A stretch of DNA of 64,000 nucleotides from Silanimonas sp. (GTDB lineage: Bacteria; Pseudomonadota; Gammaproteobacteria; Xanthomonadales; Xanthomonadaceae): positions 19,767 to 83,766 of the forward strand of contig NZ_JAPZQK010000023.1 in assembly GCF_027530345.1 (NCBI RefSeq), read 5' to 3'. Both the position numbers and the translations under genes were made by a program. The notes below the pieces were generated by a model. It ran no database searches. It was given only the letters and a program-made list of their open reading frames with translations, and was not told the DNA's origin. This document shows, one piece after another, positions 39,478 through 51,520 of this stretch. Each line of letters begins with the position of its first letter. Within the stretch, counting starts at the first letter, position 1.

Positions 39478-41571
39478 ATGGCGAAACGAGCGGCCAGCGC
39501 GGCGATGTGGATCGGATGGGCCCTCGTGGCGGCAGGCGCGGCCTCGGCCGCCGAAGCGTCGAATCCGCGTCGATGGGTGATCACCGTTGACAACGGCACC
39601 GTGGCCGGTGAACAGACGCTTGCCTGCGACGCCACCGGCGAATGCCGCGGACGCTTCATCTTCAAGGACAACGGCCGCGGCCCGGAGCTGGACGAGGTGT
39701 TCCGGATCGCCGACGACGGTAGCCTGCTCAGCTACCGCGCCACTGGGGCGACGACCTTCGGTTCGAAGGTGGACGAGCGCTTCGAAGTGCTGGGCCAAAA
39801 GGCGAGCTGGTCGAGCAGCACGGAGCAGGGCGAAAGCGACGCGCCGGGTGGACGCCTGTACGTGCCGTTCAGCCAAAGCGTGGCGCTCGCCGAAGTGATG
39901 TTCCAGGCCGCGGCGAGGCGCGGGAACACCCTCGACCTGCTGCCCTCGGGGCGGATGACCCAGCGAGAGATCACGCGCACCACGGTCGGCGAAGGGGCGA
40001 GCCGTCGCGAGGTCGCACTGATCGCCCAGAGCGGCTTGGGGCTCACGCCCTCGTTCGGCTGGGTCACCACCGGGGACGAACCGACCTTTTTCGGGTTCAT
40101 CGTCCCGGGTTATCTCGCCGCGCTACCCGAGGGCTACCAGGCCGACGAGAAGCGCCTCGGCGAACTCCAGCTGGCCGCGGAGGCCGAGATCCTCGGCGGA
40201 TTGAACCAGCGGCTCGCGACCCCGATGCCCGGTCTCTCGGTGATTCGAAACGCGCGGGTGTTCGACAGCGAGTCGGCCACCTTGGGCGAGGGGCTGAGCG
40301 ACGTTTATGTGCTGCGCGGCCGCATCGCCGCCGTGCTGCCCGCCGGCAGCGATGGCCGTGGCGCCGCGCGCACACTCGATGCCGAGGGGCGCGTCCTGCT
40401 GCCCGGCCTGTTTGACATGCATGGCCACGTCGGTCGCTGGGAAGGTGGCCTCAACCTCGCCGCTGGCGTCACGACGGTGCGCGACATGGGCAACGACAAC
40501 GCCACGGTGCAACGCATCATCGACGAGACCGCGCGTGGCGAGGTGTTCGGACCGCAGGTCGTACCGGCCGGTTTCCTCGAGGGCGAGAGCCCGTACTCGG
40601 CGCGGAACGGCTTCGTGGTGAGCACGCTGGAGGAAGCGAAGTCCGCCGTCGACTGGTACGCCGCCCGCGGCTATCCGCAGATCAAGGTCTACAACAGCTT
40701 CCCGCGCCAGCACCTGCGCGAAACCGTGGCTTACGCCCACTCGCGCGGCCTGCGCGTCAGCGGCCATGTGCCGGCCTTCCTGCGCGCACGCACCGTCGTC
40801 GAGTACGGCTTCGACGAGCTGAACCACGTCAACCAGGTGCTGCTCAACTTCCTCGTCAACGACAAGACCGACACGCGCACGCTGGAGCGCTTCTACCTTC
40901 CGGCGGCGCGCACTGGCGAGATCGACTTCGACAGCGCGCCGGTCCAGGACTTCATCCGGCTGCTCGTCGAGAAAAAGACCGTCGTCGATCCGACCCTCGC
41001 CACCTTCGATTTCCTGCGGCAGAAGGACGGTACGGTGTCGCCGGCCTACGCTGCGGTGGCCGACCACTTCCCGCCGAGCGTGCAGCGCGGCTTCCGCAGC
41101 GGCGGCATGGAGATTCCCGACGACGCAACGCAACAGCGCTACGAGAAGAGCTATCTGGCGATGATCGATTTCATCGGCCGCCTGCACCGGGCCGGCGTGC
41201 CGCTCGTGGCCGGCACCGACGCCATGGCCGGGTTCACCCTGCAGCGCGAGCTCGAGCTGTACACGATGGCTGGCATCCCCGCGAACGAAGTGCTGCAGAT
41301 CGCCACGCGCAACGCCGCCCGCTACAGCGGACTCGCCAGCGAGCGTGGCCGCATCGCGAAAGGCTTCGTCGCCGACCTCGCCCTCGTCGACGGCGACCCG
41401 ACCGCGGACATCACCGCACTCCGGCGTATGGTGACGGTGGTGACGCAGGGCAAGCACATCGACCCGACCGCCGTCTACCGAGAATTGGGCATCAAACCCT
41501 TCGTCGATGGCGGCCCGCGATGGGTGGAAACCGGCCCTGCGACGCCGTCGGGAGCATCGAGCGGCCGTTGA
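39478..41571 (+). CDS. Secreted amidohydrolase family protein with an extra N-terminal domain
   Basis: Signal peptide; LPGLFDMHGH, GVTTVRDMG, VAGTDA and GFVADLALVDGDP motifs. Confidence 0.85.
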   Translation: MAKRAASAAMWIGWALVAAGAASAAEASNPRRWVITVDNGTVAGEQTLACDATGECRGRFIFKDNGRGPELDEVFRIADDGSLLSYRATGATTFGSKVDERFEVLGQKASWSSSTEQGESDAPGGRLYVPFSQSVALAEVMFQAAARRGNTLDLLPSGRMTQREITRTTVGEGASRREVALIAQSGLGLTPSFGWVTTGDEPTFFGFIVPGYLAALPEGYQADEKRLGELQLAAEAEILGGLNQRLATPMPGLSVIRNARVFDSESATLGEGLSDVYVLRGRIAAVLPAGSDGRGAARTLDAEGRVLLPGLFDMHGHVGRWEGGLNLAAGVTTVRDMGNDNATVQRIIDETARGEVFGPQVVPAGFLEGESPYSARNGFVVSTLEEAKSAVDWYAARGYPQIKVYNSFPRQHLRETVAYAHSRGLRVSGHVPAFLRARTVVEYGFDELNHVNQVLLNFLVNDKTDTRTLERFYLPAARTGEIDFDSAPVQDFIRLLVEKKTVVDPTLATFDFLRQKDGTVSPAYAAVADHFPPSVQRGFRSGGMEIPDDATQQRYEKSYLAMIDFIGRLHRAGVPLVAGTDAMAGFTLQRELELYTMAGIPANEVLQIATRNAARYSGLASERGRIAKGFVADLALVDGDPTADITALRRMVTVVTQGKHIDPTAVYRELGIKPFVDGGPRWVETGPATPSGASSGR

Positions 41572-41620
41572 GACCGCGTACACTTCGAGCTTTCACTCAG
41601 TCGCTGGACCGACCGACCCC

Positions 41621-44600
41621 ATGAGCGCCTCGAACGCCGCCCCCAACCCCGAACTTTCCGCCCTGGCCACGGCTGCAGCGAACTCGGGACCTGACGGGGC
41701 GGCGCTGTCGCGCTTCGTCGAACGGTTCTACGCCCGCGTGCCGCAGGAAGATCTCGTGCTGCGCCAAGCCGAGGCCTGGTTGGCGGTAGCCCGGGACATG
41801 CTGGCCTTCGCCGAGGGTCGCGCCGCCGGCGCGCCGAAGCTCCGGATGCTGAATCCGGAGACCTCGCCGCAGGGCTTCGGCAGCTCGCCCACCGTGCTGC
41901 AGATCGCCAACGACGACATGCCCTTCCTCGTCGATTCGGTGAGCATGGCGCTGGCCGAGCGTGGCATCGGCATCCACCTGCTGGTGCACCCGGTGATCGA
42001 CGGTGAATCGTTGATGCACATCGAGATTGACCGCCAGGCGACGGAGGACTTCGCCGGCATCCAGCAGGGCATCGAAGGCGCCCTCGCCGACGTGCGCGCC
42101 TGCGTGCAGGATTGGGCGGCGATGCGCGACATCATGGTGCGTGCCGCCGACGAGATGTCGACCCGCGCGCTGCCGGTCAACGACGTCATCCGCGCGGAGT
42201 CGCAGGATTTCCTCCGCTGGGCCACGGACAACCACTTCACCTTCCTCGGCTACCGCGAATACCGCGTGTCGGGCGACGGCGCGGAGCGCATGCTCGCCCC
42301 GGTGGAGGGCAGCGGCCTCGGCCTGATGCGCCACGCCTCCGCCCAGCGCCCGCGTGCGGTCAGCGAGTTCGTTGCGCCCCGCCAGGCGGGCGAGCGCGAC
42401 GTGCTGATCCTGACCAAGACGAACGCCCGCGCGACGGTCCATCGCCCGGGTTACATGGATTACATCGGCGTGCTGGTCTACGACGAGAACGGCGTCGCCG
42501 TGGCCGAGCAGCGGTTCCTCGGCCTGTACACCTCGGGTGCCTACAACCGCCGCCCGTGGGAGATCCCGCTGGTGCGCCGCCGGCACGACCAGATCATGGA
42601 GCGTTCGGGTCTCTCCGCCGCCAGCCACAGCGGCAAGGCCCTCCGCCATATCCTCGACACGCTGCCGCGCGACGAACTGTTCCAGAGTTCGGCGGATGAG
42701 CTCTTCACCACGGTGATGGGCATCCTCGCGCTGCAGGAGCGGGTGCGCAGCCGCCTCTTCTTGCGCCGCGACCGCTACGGTCGTTTCTTCTCGGCGTTGG
42801 TGTACATCCCGCGCGACCGCTTCAGTGGCGAGGTGCGCAACCGCATCGAGACACTGCTGCGCGACGCGTTGCAGGGCGAGCGTCTCGATTCCGGCATCAG
42901 CATCGGCGAGTCCCCGCTGGCGCAGATGTACCTCGTCATCCGACCGAAGGCGGGCGCCACGGTCGCCGCCGACGCGGCCGCCCTCGAGCAGCGCATCGCC
43001 GCCATCGTCCGCAACTGGCAGGACGGCCTGCGCGATGCGCTGGTACGGGCCAAGGGCGAGAGCGACGGCCTGCGCCTGGCCCGGCGTTTCGCCAAGGGCC
43101 TGCCGCCCGGCTACATCGATGCGGTCACGCCGGAGATGGCGGCGCAGGACCTCGTCCGCGCCGACCAGCTCGCGACCGAGAAGGACCTCGCCCTCTCGCT
43201 GTACCAGGGCGATGACGGGCTCCGCTTCAAGGCCATGCGCCTCGACCGCGTGATTGCCCTCTCCGACGCGCTGCCGATGCTCGAGAACCTCGGCCTGCGC
43301 ATCCTGTCCGAACACCCCTACGAGCTCGAAGCCGACGGTCGCCTGGTGGCGATCCAGGATTTCGTGGTGCAGGCCCAGCGCCCGCTTGGCGACCTCGCCG
43401 CGGCGCGCGCCGATTTCGAACAGGCGTTCGCGCGCATCTGGTCCGGCGACGCCGAGAACGACGGCTTCAACAAGCTGGTGCTTGCCGCCGGCCTCACCTG
43501 GCGCCAGGTGGCGATGCTGCGCGGCTACGCCAAGTACCTGCTGCAGACCGGCGTGCCGTTCTCGCAGACCTACATGGAAGAGACGCTGGTGCGCTACCCG
43601 CTGGTGGCCCGTCTTCTCGCGGAGCTCTTCGAGGCGCGCTTCAACCCGGCACGCGGCGGCGCCGATGCCACCCGCAGCGCTGCAACGCGCGATTCGCTCG
43701 GCCGCGTGCTGGCCGGGCTCGCCGAGGCCGACCGCACCGCGCTCACTGCCGCCGTCGATGCCGCAGCACAGGCCACCGGACTCGATCGCAACGCCGCGAT
43801 GGCGGGGATCGAAGAAGCGATGGGCGCCGTGCTGGAGAAGGTGTCGAGCCTTGACGAGGACCGCATCCTGCGCAGCCTCAAGGCGGTCATCCAAGCCACG
43901 CTGCGCACCAGCTTCCACCAGACGAAGGGCCGCGACTACATCAGCTTCAAGTTCGACCCGTCGAAGGTGCCGGACCTGCCGAAGCCCAAGCCCTACCGCG
44001 AGATCTTCGTCTATTCGCCGTGGGTCGAAGGCGTGCACCTGCGTTTCGGTCCGGTGGCGCGTGGCGGCCTACGCTGGTCGGACCGCCGCGAGGACTTCCG
44101 CACGGAAGTGCTCGGCCTCGTCAAGGCGCAGATGGTGAAGAACACGGTCATCGTGCCGGTCGGCTCGAAGGGCGGCTTCTTCCCGAAGCGCCTGCCGTCG
44201 AGCGCTGATCGCGACGCTTGGATGGCCGAGGGCATCGCCAGCTACAAGCGCTTCATCAACGGCCTGCTGGACATCACCGACAACATCGTCGAAGGCAAGA
44301 TCGTCCCGCCGGTTGACGTCGTGCGTCATGACGCGGACGACCCGTACCTCGTCGTCGCCGCCGACAAGGGCACGGCCACGTTCTCCGACATCGCCAACGG
44401 CATCAGTGCCGAGCACGGCTTCTGGCTGGGCGACGCCTTCGCCTCGGGCGGCTCGGTCGGCTACGACCACAAGGGCATGGGCATCACCGCACGCGGTGGC
44501 TGGGAGTCGGTGAAGCGCCACTTCCGCGCCATGGGCCGCGACTCGCAGACGCAGGACTTCACCTGCGTGGGCGTGGGCGATATGTCGGGCGACGTATTCG

Positions 44601-46468
44601 GCAACGGCATGCTGCTCTCGAAGCACATCCGCCTGCTGGCGGCCTTCGACCACCGCCACATCTTCCTCGACCCGAACCCGGATTCGGCGAGGTCCTTCAT
44701 CGAGCGCGACCGCCTGTTCAAACTGCCGCGTTCGAGCTGGGACGACTACGACAAGGCGCTGATCTCGGCCGGTGGCGGCATCTATCCGCGCTCTGCGAAG
44801 CACATTCCGGTCAGCCCGGAAGTTCGCGCCGCGCTCGGCATCGAGGGCGACATCGAGCAGATGACGCCCGCCCAGCTGATGAACGCCATCCTCAAGGCGC
44901 CTGTGGACCTGCTGTGGAACGGCGGCATCGGCACCTACGTCAAGGCCAGCACCGAGACCCACGCCGACGCCGGCGACCGCGCCAACAACGTCCTCCGCGT
45001 GGACGGCCGCGAGCTGCGCTGCAAGGTGGTGGGCGAGGGCGGCAACCTCGGCATGACGCAGAAGGGCCGCATCGAGGCCTGCCTCGCCGCCGGCGTGCTG
45101 CTCAACACCGACTTCATCGACAACTCGGCCGGCGTCGACACCTCGGACCACGAGGTCAACATCAAGATCCTGCTGGGCGGAGTGATGGCGCGCGGTGGCC
45201 TGACGCTCGAGCAGCGCAACACGCTGCTGGCCGAGATGACCGACGAGGTCGGCGATCTGGTGCTGAACGACAACTACCGGCAGAACCAGGCCATCAGCCT
45301 GATGGAGCGGATGAGCATCCCGCGCCTCGGCAGCTTCCAGCACCTGATCCGCACGCTGGAATCGCAGGGCCTGCTGGACCGCGCCATCGAGTTCCTGCCG
45401 TCCGACGCGGAGTTCAGCGACCGTCGCTCGCGCGGCCTCGGCCTGACGCGGCCGGAGCTGTCGATCCTTCTCAGCTACGACAAGATCGTGATCTTCAACC
45501 AGTTGCTCGACAGCGACGTCCCGGAAGATCCCTACCTGTCGCGCGAGCTGCAGCGCTATTTCCCGAAGGCGCTGCAGGAGCGCTACGCGGCCGACATGGA
45601 AGGCCACCGCCTGCGGCGCGAGATCATCGCCACGGCGGTGACCAACTCGATGGTGAACCGCATGGGTTCCACCTTCGTGCTGCGCATGCAGGAAGACACC
45701 GGCGAGCAGCCCGCGCAGATCGCCAAGGCCTACACCATCGCCCGCGAGATCCTCGACGCGCGCCAGTGGTGGTCGGCGATCGACGCGGCGGACCTCAAGG
45801 TGCCGGAATCCGCCCAGATCGACGCGCTGATGGCGGTTTGGAACCTGCTACGCCAGTACACCCGCTGGATGCTCAACCTGCCGGGCGAGCACCTCGTGAT
45901 CGCCTCGATGGTCGATCGCTATTCGGCCAGCCTCGGCGAACTGCGCGCGGTGCTGCCGAAGTCGCTGCCGGGCGAAGCCAAGGCGCAATACGACGCCAGC
46001 ATCGACGCCTGGATCCGCAAGGGCTTCGCGCCGGCACTGGCGGCTGATTTCGCGGCGCTGCCCTTCCTCGCCTACGGCCTCGACATCGTGCAGATCGCCT
46101 TGCAGCGCAAGCTGCCGGTCGCCGACGTCGCCCGCGTGTATTTCTCGCTCTCCGACGCGCTGCACACCAAGTGGTTGATGGACCAGGTGGAGCTGCTGCC
46201 GGTCGAAGGCCGCTGGCACGCCCAGGCCCGTGGTGCGCTGCGCGACGAACTGCAGCAGCAGCAGAGCACGCTGGTCGGCCAGGTGCTGGCCGGCAAGGGC
46301 GCCGCCGATGCCGTCGGTGCGTGGCTCTCGCGGGAGGATTCGACGCTGCGCTACACGCTGGCCATGTTCGCCGACATGCGCAACCTGCGCGGTATGGACT
46401 ACGCGACGTTGCTGGTCGCGGTACGCCGCCTCGGCCAGATCGCCGCGGCCGGCGGCCGGGTCGGCTGA
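41621..46468 (+). CDS. gdhB: Large NAD-specific glutamate dehydrogenase
   Basis: [51 protein letters not shown] and [20 protein letters not shown] motifs. Confidence 0.95.
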   Translation: MSASNAAPNPELSALATAAANSGPDGAALSRFVERFYARVPQEDLVLRQAEAWLAVARDMLAFAEGRAAGAPKLRMLNPETSPQGFGSSPTVLQIANDDMPFLVDSVSMALAERGIGIHLLVHPVIDGESLMHIEIDRQATEDFAGIQQGIEGALADVRACVQDWAAMRDIMVRAADEMSTRALPVNDVIRAESQDFLRWATDNHFTFLGYREYRVSGDGAERMLAPVEGSGLGLMRHASAQRPRAVSEFVAPRQAGERDVLILTKTNARATVHRPGYMDYIGVLVYDENGVAVAEQRFLGLYTSGAYNRRPWEIPLVRRRHDQIMERSGLSAASHSGKALRHILDTLPRDELFQSSADELFTTVMGILALQERVRSRLFLRRDRYGRFFSALVYIPRDRFSGEVRNRIETLLRDALQGERLDSGISIGESPLAQMYLVIRPKAGATVAADAAALEQRIAAIVRNWQDGLRDALVRAKGESDGLRLARRFAKGLPPGYIDAVTPEMAAQDLVRADQLATEKDLALSLYQGDDGLRFKAMRLDRVIALSDALPMLENLGLRILSEHPYELEADGRLVAIQDFVVQAQRPLGDLAAARADFEQAFARIWSGDAENDGFNKLVLAAGLTWRQVAMLRGYAKYLLQTGVPFSQTYMEETLVRYPLVARLLAELFEARFNPARGGADATRSAATRDSLGRVLAGLAEADRTALTAAVDAAAQATGLDRNAAMAGIEEAMGAVLEKVSSLDEDRILRSLKAVIQATLRTSFHQTKGRDYISFKFDPSKVPDLPKPKPYREIFVYSPWVEGVHLRFGPVARGGLRWSDRREDFRTEVLGLVKAQMVKNTVIVPVGSKGGFFPKRLPSSADRDAWMAEGIASYKRFINGLLDITDNIVEGKIVPPVDVVRHDADDPYLVVAADKGTATFSDIANGISAEHGFWLGDAFASGGSVGYDHKGMGITARGGWESVKRHFRAMGRDSQTQDFTCVGVGDMSGDVFGNGMLLSKHIRLLAAFDHRHIFLDPNPDSARSFIERDRLFKLPRSSWDDYDKALISAGGGIYPRSAKHIPVSPEVRAALGIEGDIEQMTPAQLMNAILKAPVDLLWNGGIGTYVKASTETHADAGDRANNVLRVDGRELRCKVVGEGGNLGMTQKGRIEACLAAGVLLNTDFIDNSAGVDTSDHEVNIKILLGGVMARGGLTLEQRNTLLAEMTDEVGDLVLNDNYRQNQAISLMERMSIPRLGSFQHLIRTLESQGLLDRAIEFLPSDAEFSDRRSRGLGLTRPELSILLSYDKIVIFNQLLDSDVPEDPYLSRELQRYFPKALQERYAADMEGHRLRREIIATAVTNSMVNRMGSTFVLRMQEDTGEQPAQIAKAYTIAREILDARQWWSAIDAADLKVPESAQIDALMAVWNLLRQYTRWMLNLPGEHLVIASMVDRYSASLGELRAVLPKSLPGEAKAQYDASIDAWIRKGFAPALAADFAALPFLAYGLDIVQIALQRKLPVADVARVYFSLSDALHTKWLMDQVELLPVEGRWHAQARGALRDELQQQQSTLVGQVLAGKGAADAVGAWLSREDSTLRYTLAMFADMRNLRGMDYATLLVAVRRLGQIAAAGGRVG

Positions 46469-46482
46469 CGGGGCCGGTCGGG

Positions 46483-47250
46483 ATGGCGTTCTCCCGCATC
46501 GCGTTCCTGGCGAGCCCCACGGCGGAAGCCGAGGCGGCACGCCAGGCGCTCGAGGCCGTGCACGGTCCCTGCGCGCCGGCCGACGCCGAAGTGCTCGTGG
46601 CGCTGGGCGGCGATGGCTTCATGCTGCAGACCCTGCATCGGCACGGCGGGTTGGGCCTGCCGGTCTATGGCATGAAGCTCGGTACGGTCGGGTTCCTGAT
46701 GAACCAGTACCGCGCTGACGGCCTGCATGAGCGATTGGCCCGCGCCCGCCACAACGTACTGCGTCCGCTCGAGATGGAGGCGGTGACCGAAGGCGGGCAG
46801 ACCATCAACTCCTTGGCCTACAACGAAGTTTCGCTGTTGCGGCAGACGCGCCAGACGGCGCACCTTCGCATCGCCGTGAATGGCCAGCGCAAGCTCGACG
46901 AACTGGTGTGCGACGGCATGCTGGTGGCGACGCCGGCCGGCTCCACGGCCTACAACTACTCCGCGCACGGCCCCATCCTGCCGCTCGGCTCGGAGGTGAT
47001 CGCGATGACGCCGATCGCCGCGTTCCGCCCACGCCGTTGGCGTGGTGCGTTGCTGCGCTCCGACGCCGAGATCGGCATCGAGGTGCTCGACGCGCTGAAG
47101 CGTCCAGTCAGCGCCACCGCCGATTCGCATGAGGTCCGCAACGTGGTCGAAGTGCGGATCCGCGAATCGCGCACGCACACCGTGAACCTGCTGTTCGACC
47201 CCGAGCACGACCTCGCGGACCGCATCCTCAACGAGCAGTTCGAGAGCTGA
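46483..47250 (+). CDS. nadK: NAD kinase
   Basis: [14 protein letters not shown] and [15 protein letters not shown] motifs. Confidence 0.93.
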   Translation: MAFSRIAFLASPTAEAEAARQALEAVHGPCAPADAEVLVALGGDGFMLQTLHRHGGLGLPVYGMKLGTVGFLMNQYRADGLHERLARARHNVLRPLEMEAVTEGGQTINSLAYNEVSLLRQTRQTAHLRIAVNGQRKLDELVCDGMLVATPAGSTAYNYSAHGPILPLGSEVIAMTPIAAFRPRRWRGALLRSDAEIGIEVLDALKRPVSATADSHEVRNVVEVRIRESRTHTVNLLFDPEHDLADRILNEQFES

Positions 47251-48140
47251 TGCGTCCTCTGGTCGTCGCCATCACCGCGCGGGCGCTGTTCGACCTCGAG
47301 GACGGCCATGCGCTGTTCGAACGCGAGGGCCTCAAGGCCTATGCGGCCTATCAGCGCGAGCGTGAGGACCAACCGCTACAGCCGGGCATCGCCTTCCCGC
47401 TGGTGCGAAAGCTGCTGGCGCTGAACGCGCTGCTGCCGGCGGGCGTGCCGCCGGTCGAAGTGATCCTGCTGTCGCGAAATTCCGCCGACACCGGCCTGCG
47501 CATCTTCAACGCCATCGAGTTTTACGGTCTCGGGATCGTGCGCGCGGTGTTCACCAGCGGTGCCGACACGCACCCCTACATCCAGCCGTTCGGCGCACAG
47601 CTGTTCCTCAGCGCGAACCCCGCCAGCGTGCGCAGCGCGCTGGAACATGGCGTGGCTGCGGCGACCATCCTGCCGACCGGCCTCCCGCCGGTGGACCGCC
47701 ATCCGCAGTTGCGCATCGCCTTCGACGGCGACGCCGTGATCTTCGGCGACGAGAGCGAGCGCGTCTCGCAGGAGGAAGGGCTGCAGGCCTTCCACGACCA
47801 TGAGACGGAACGGGCGCTTGAACCGCTGTCAGGCGGCCCGTTCCGTGGGTTTCTTTCGGCGCTGCATACCTTGCAACAGGCCCTGCCGGCCGCCGATCCG
47901 CCGATCCGCATCGCCCTGGTCACAGCGCGTTCGGCACCGGCGCACAAGCGCGTGATCCTCACGCTGCGCGAGTGGGGCATCCGCCTCGACGAGGCCTTGT
48001 TCCTCGGGGGACGCCCGAAAGGGCCATTCCTCGACACCTTCGGTGCCGATATCTTCTTTGACGATTCGATGCACAACATCGAGAGCGCGATGCAGCACGT
48101 CGCCGCCGGCCACGTGCCGCACGGTGTCTCGAACGAGTAA
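47250..48140 (+). CDS. 5'-nucleotidase (cN-I-like)
   Basis: ITARALFDL, SRNSADTGLR, RIAFDGDAVIF, VTARSAPAH and IFFDD motifs; TGATG overlap with nadK. Confidence 0.9.
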   Translation: MRPLVVAITARALFDLEDGHALFEREGLKAYAAYQREREDQPLQPGIAFPLVRKLLALNALLPAGVPPVEVILLSRNSADTGLRIFNAIEFYGLGIVRAVFTSGADTHPYIQPFGAQLFLSANPASVRSALEHGVAAATILPTGLPPVDRHPQLRIAFDGDAVIFGDESERVSQEEGLQAFHDHETERALEPLSGGPFRGFLSALHTLQQALPAADPPIRIALVTARSAPAHKRVILTLREWGIRLDEALFLGGRPKGPFLDTFGADIFFDDSMHNIESAMQHVAAGHVPHGVSNE

Positions 48141-48199
48141 CGCCCGCAGCACCCCACGCGCCGACGCTGGATGCGACGGCGAACCACAGGAGGGCGCGA

Positions 48200-50263
48200 A
48201 TGGACGGGGCAGAGGGCAAGCAACCGGACATCGCTCACCTGGCGGAGCAGCGGCTTGTCGGCCACCAGGTCGATCGCCTGTACGCCGGACTGCCCGCCAT
48301 CCTGGTCAACCTCGCGGTCATGCCCGTCGTCGTCGGCGTCGCGTTCTGGGGCAGCGTGTCCCCGACGATACTCCTGCCGTGGGTGGTGGCGTCGCTGGTG
48401 GTGCTCGCGCTGCGCTATGCACTGATGAAGGCCTACCAGCGTCGGCCGCCGGGCGCGCAGGACGCGCTGCGCTAGGCGCACCGGTTCACGTTCACGTCGC
48501 TGGTCTCCGGCCTGCTCTGGGGAACCGCGGGCTGGGCCTTCTTCACCCCGGACAGCGCAGCACTGCAGGTCTTCCTCTACACCAGCCTGGTCGGGCTGGC
48601 GGCCGGCTCCATCATCGTGACGTCGTACTGGCTGCCGGCCTATTTCGCTTTCGCCGTGCCGGCCGTCGGTATCTCGGCCCTCCGCCTGCTGATGCAGGGC
48701 GGGGTCGAGTACACCAGCCTCGCCGCGCTGATGGCCATGTTCCTCGTCATCATCACCCGCGTGGCGCGCGTCCAGCACGCCGCGGGCCAATCGCTGGTTC
48801 GTCTCCGCGACGAGAACGTCGATCTCGTCGAGCGTCTCAGCGCCGAGAAATCGGCTGTGGAAGCGGCCAACCATGAGCTCGACCAACGCGTCCGCGAGCG
48901 GACTGCCGAACTGCTCGAAGAAGTCGAAGTCCGAAAGGCGGCCGAGCAGCGCCTCGAGCACCTCGCGCACCACGACCCGCTGACCGGCCTGCCCAATCGT
49001 CTGGCCTTCGGTCACCAGCTCGACCGCGCCATTGCCCAAGCCTCGCGCCGCCAGCGCCGGCTGGCCTTGCTGTTCATCGACCTCGACCGCTTCAAGGAGG
49101 TCAACGACAGCGCCGGACACAATGTCGGCGACCGGCTGCTGCAGTCCGTCGCGGAGCGACTCGCCTACAACCTCCGGCTGAGCGACAGCTTGTCGCGGCT
49201 CGGAGGCGACGAGTTCGTCTGCCTGCTCGAGGACGTGGTGGATGGCCGCGAGGCGATGCGCGTGGCGGACAAGATGCTCGCGCTGCTGGCCAGCACCTTC
49301 GACGTGGCTGGGCACGAAGTGCACCTCTCGGGCAGCATCGGCATCTGCGTCTTCCCGGAGGACGGCACCGACCGCGAGACCCTCGTGCGCAACGCCGACA
49401 CGGCCATGTTCCGTGCCAAGGCGGAAGGCCGCGGCCGGGCGCACTTCTACACACCGGCGATGACCGAGGCCGCACGCCGCCGCCTGCAGATGGACGCCGC
49501 GCTGCGGCGCGCGCGCGAGGCTGGCGAACTGTCCCTCCACTACCAGATCAAGGTGGATCGCGAGGGGAGGCCGGCCGGCGCCGAGGCGCTGCTGCGCTGG
49601 AACAGCGCCGAATTCGGTCCGGTTCCGCCGTCGCAGTTCATTCCATTGGCCGAGGACACCGGCCTCATCGTCCGCCTCGGGGAATGGGTGCTTCGGGAGG
49701 CTTGCCTGCAATCCATGCGCTGGCGCGAACACGGGCTCGACCTGCCGTCGATCGCGGTGAACCTCTCGGTGAAGCAGCTGGAGCATCCGGAATTCATGGG
49801 TCAGCTCGCCGCCGTGGTCGAAGACAGTGGCTGGCCCACCGACCGGCTCGAACTCGAAATCACCGAGTCGATGATCATGGATGGCGAGCGTGCCATCGAT
49901 TCGTTGAAGCTGCTGCGCGAAGCCGGCTTCGGCATTGCCATCGACGATTTCGGCACGGGCTATTCCTCGCTGGCCTACCTCAAGCGGCTGCCGGTGACCG
50001 CACTGAAGATCGATCGCTCGTTCGTGGACGGGATCGGCCGCGGCGGCGGCGATGAGGCGATCATCCGCACCGTCGTCGCGCTGGCGCAGCGCCCTGGCTG
50101 CACCACGGTGGCGGAAGGCGTGGAGACGGAAGAACAGCGCCGCGTGCTTCTGGATGAGGGCGTCGACCTGCTGCAGGGTTATGGCCTTGGGCGCCCCATG
50201 GGAGCCGAGGCCTTCGCTGACGACTGGCGTGCCCGTCTCGCCGCTTCAGGCCGGATGTCCTGA
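48200..50263 (+). pseudogene. Membrane GGDEF-EAL protein interrupted by one in-frame TAG (48473-48475)
   Basis: ORFs 48200..48475 and 48617..50263 share a frame; the sequence between them reads as TM helices; AGGAGG RBS at the first ATG. Confidence 0.7.
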
Positions 50264-51400
50264 CCCCGTCACTCTCGCTTGGTGGAGCACCAGCGCCGAC
50301 GCGGTGAGTGCCGCGCCCCCCAGGAAAGCCGCGACGCCGCCCTGCCACTCCCACAGCACGGCTGCGAGCAGCGCGCCGATAACGCCGCCGAGACCAGACG
50401 AGAAGCCATACAGCAGGCCTTGGCCGGCACTGGCTTCGTGGCCGGGGAACAGCGCGGCCATGCGTTGCATCAAGCAGGCATGGAAAAGCGCGAAGCCGAG
50501 GGCATGCGTCAGTTGCGCCGCGACCATCAGGGCCATCGATGCCGGGAACAGCGCGACCACGATCCAGCGGGCGACGGTCAGCCCGAGGCACAGCGCCATC
50601 AATGCATGGACACCATGGCGGCGGATCAGGCCCGGGGCCCACCAGAACAGCACGATCTCGGCGAACACCCCGACCATCCAGAGCAGGCCGACCGCGAGAC
50701 CGTCATGGCCGTTGGCCCGCAGGTGCAGGGTATAGAACACATAGAACGCACCGAACCCGGCTTGGACCAGCAAGGCGAGCAGCAGCAGAGGCCGCGTGCC
50801 GGGACGATTCCACAACTCGCGCATGGCAACGCGCACGGTTCCCGTGGCAGCGCCCGAGCGTGCTTCATTCCGGAAGGGCCAGGCCGCCCAGACCATCAAC
50901 GCGAACCACGGCAACGTGGCCCCCACGAACCAGGCCTCGCCCCAAGCGTCGAGCAGGGCGCCGTAGCTCCCGGCGACGACGAGGAAGCCGACCGATCCCC
51001 ACACGCGCAGTCGGCCATAGCCCTCCGTCTCGCCGGCGATCGCCCCGAGGGTCATGGCTTCGAACTGCGGCATCACTGCGTTGTAGAACGCGCCGAAAAA
51101 CAGCATGGCAGCGAACAAGCCGGTGACGCTCGCCACCGCGCCGAACGATGCGAAGCCCAGGCTGGCCAGCACGCAGCCGGCCAAGAGCCAAAGACCCGGC
51201 CTCGGGCTTTGCGCCACCAACCGCGACCACAGCGGGGGCGCCACGATACGCGACGCGTACCACAGGCCCAACATGCCGCCCGCCACGAGACCGCTGAAGC
51301 CGAGGTAGTCCACGAACCGAGCCACGTAGGGCGTGTACGCGCCGAGGGCCGCGTAGAAGCAGAAATAGAAGACGGCGTAGCGACGGAGCGGGGAGGGCAT
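50246..51400 (-). CDS. MFS transporter (HcaT/MFS_1-like)
   Basis: About 12 TM helices; YGRLRVWGSVGF, AGFGAFYVFYTL and GQGLLYG motifs. Confidence 0.85.
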   Translation of the reverse strand: MPSPLRRYAVFYFCFYAALGAYTPYVARFVDYLGFSGLVAGGMLGLWYASRIVAPPLWSRLVAQSPRPGLWLLAGCVLASLGFASFGAVASVTGLFAAMLFFGAFYNAVMPQFEAMTLGAIAGETEGYGRLRVWGSVGFLVVAGSYGALLDAWGEAWFVGATLPWFALMVWAAWPFRNEARSGAATGTVRVAMRELWNRPGTRPLLLLALLVQAGFGAFYVFYTLHLRANGHDGLAVGLLWMVGVFAEIVLFWWAPGLIRRHGVHALMALCLGLTVARWIVVALFPASMALMVAAQLTHALGFALFHACLMQRMAALFPGHEASAGQGLLYGFSSGLGGVIGALLAAVLWEWQGGVAAFLGGAALTASALVLHQARVTGSGHPA

Positions 51401-51494
51401 GGGCGGCGGGAGGACGACGGCCCGGGGATGATCGCACCGTCGGCCATGCCGCGGCGCGCCTTCCGCTCCCGACGGTCGCGCAGGCTTGAATATA

Positions 51495-51520
51495 CTTCCA
51501 TGGTTCTGGAATCATGGAAG
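51495..51520. promoter_or_regulatory. ArsR operator (imperfect 12-2-12 inverted repeat) over the promoter
   Basis: CTTCCATGGTTC-TG-GAATCATGGAAG; TTGAAT at 51486 and TG-G-AATCAT at 51507-51515. Confidence 0.7.

Noticed and set aside
48473-48475. Pyrrolysine or programmed recoding of the TAG
   Set aside because: No pyl genes or recoding element seen, and the context fits a simple TGG-to-TAG change better.
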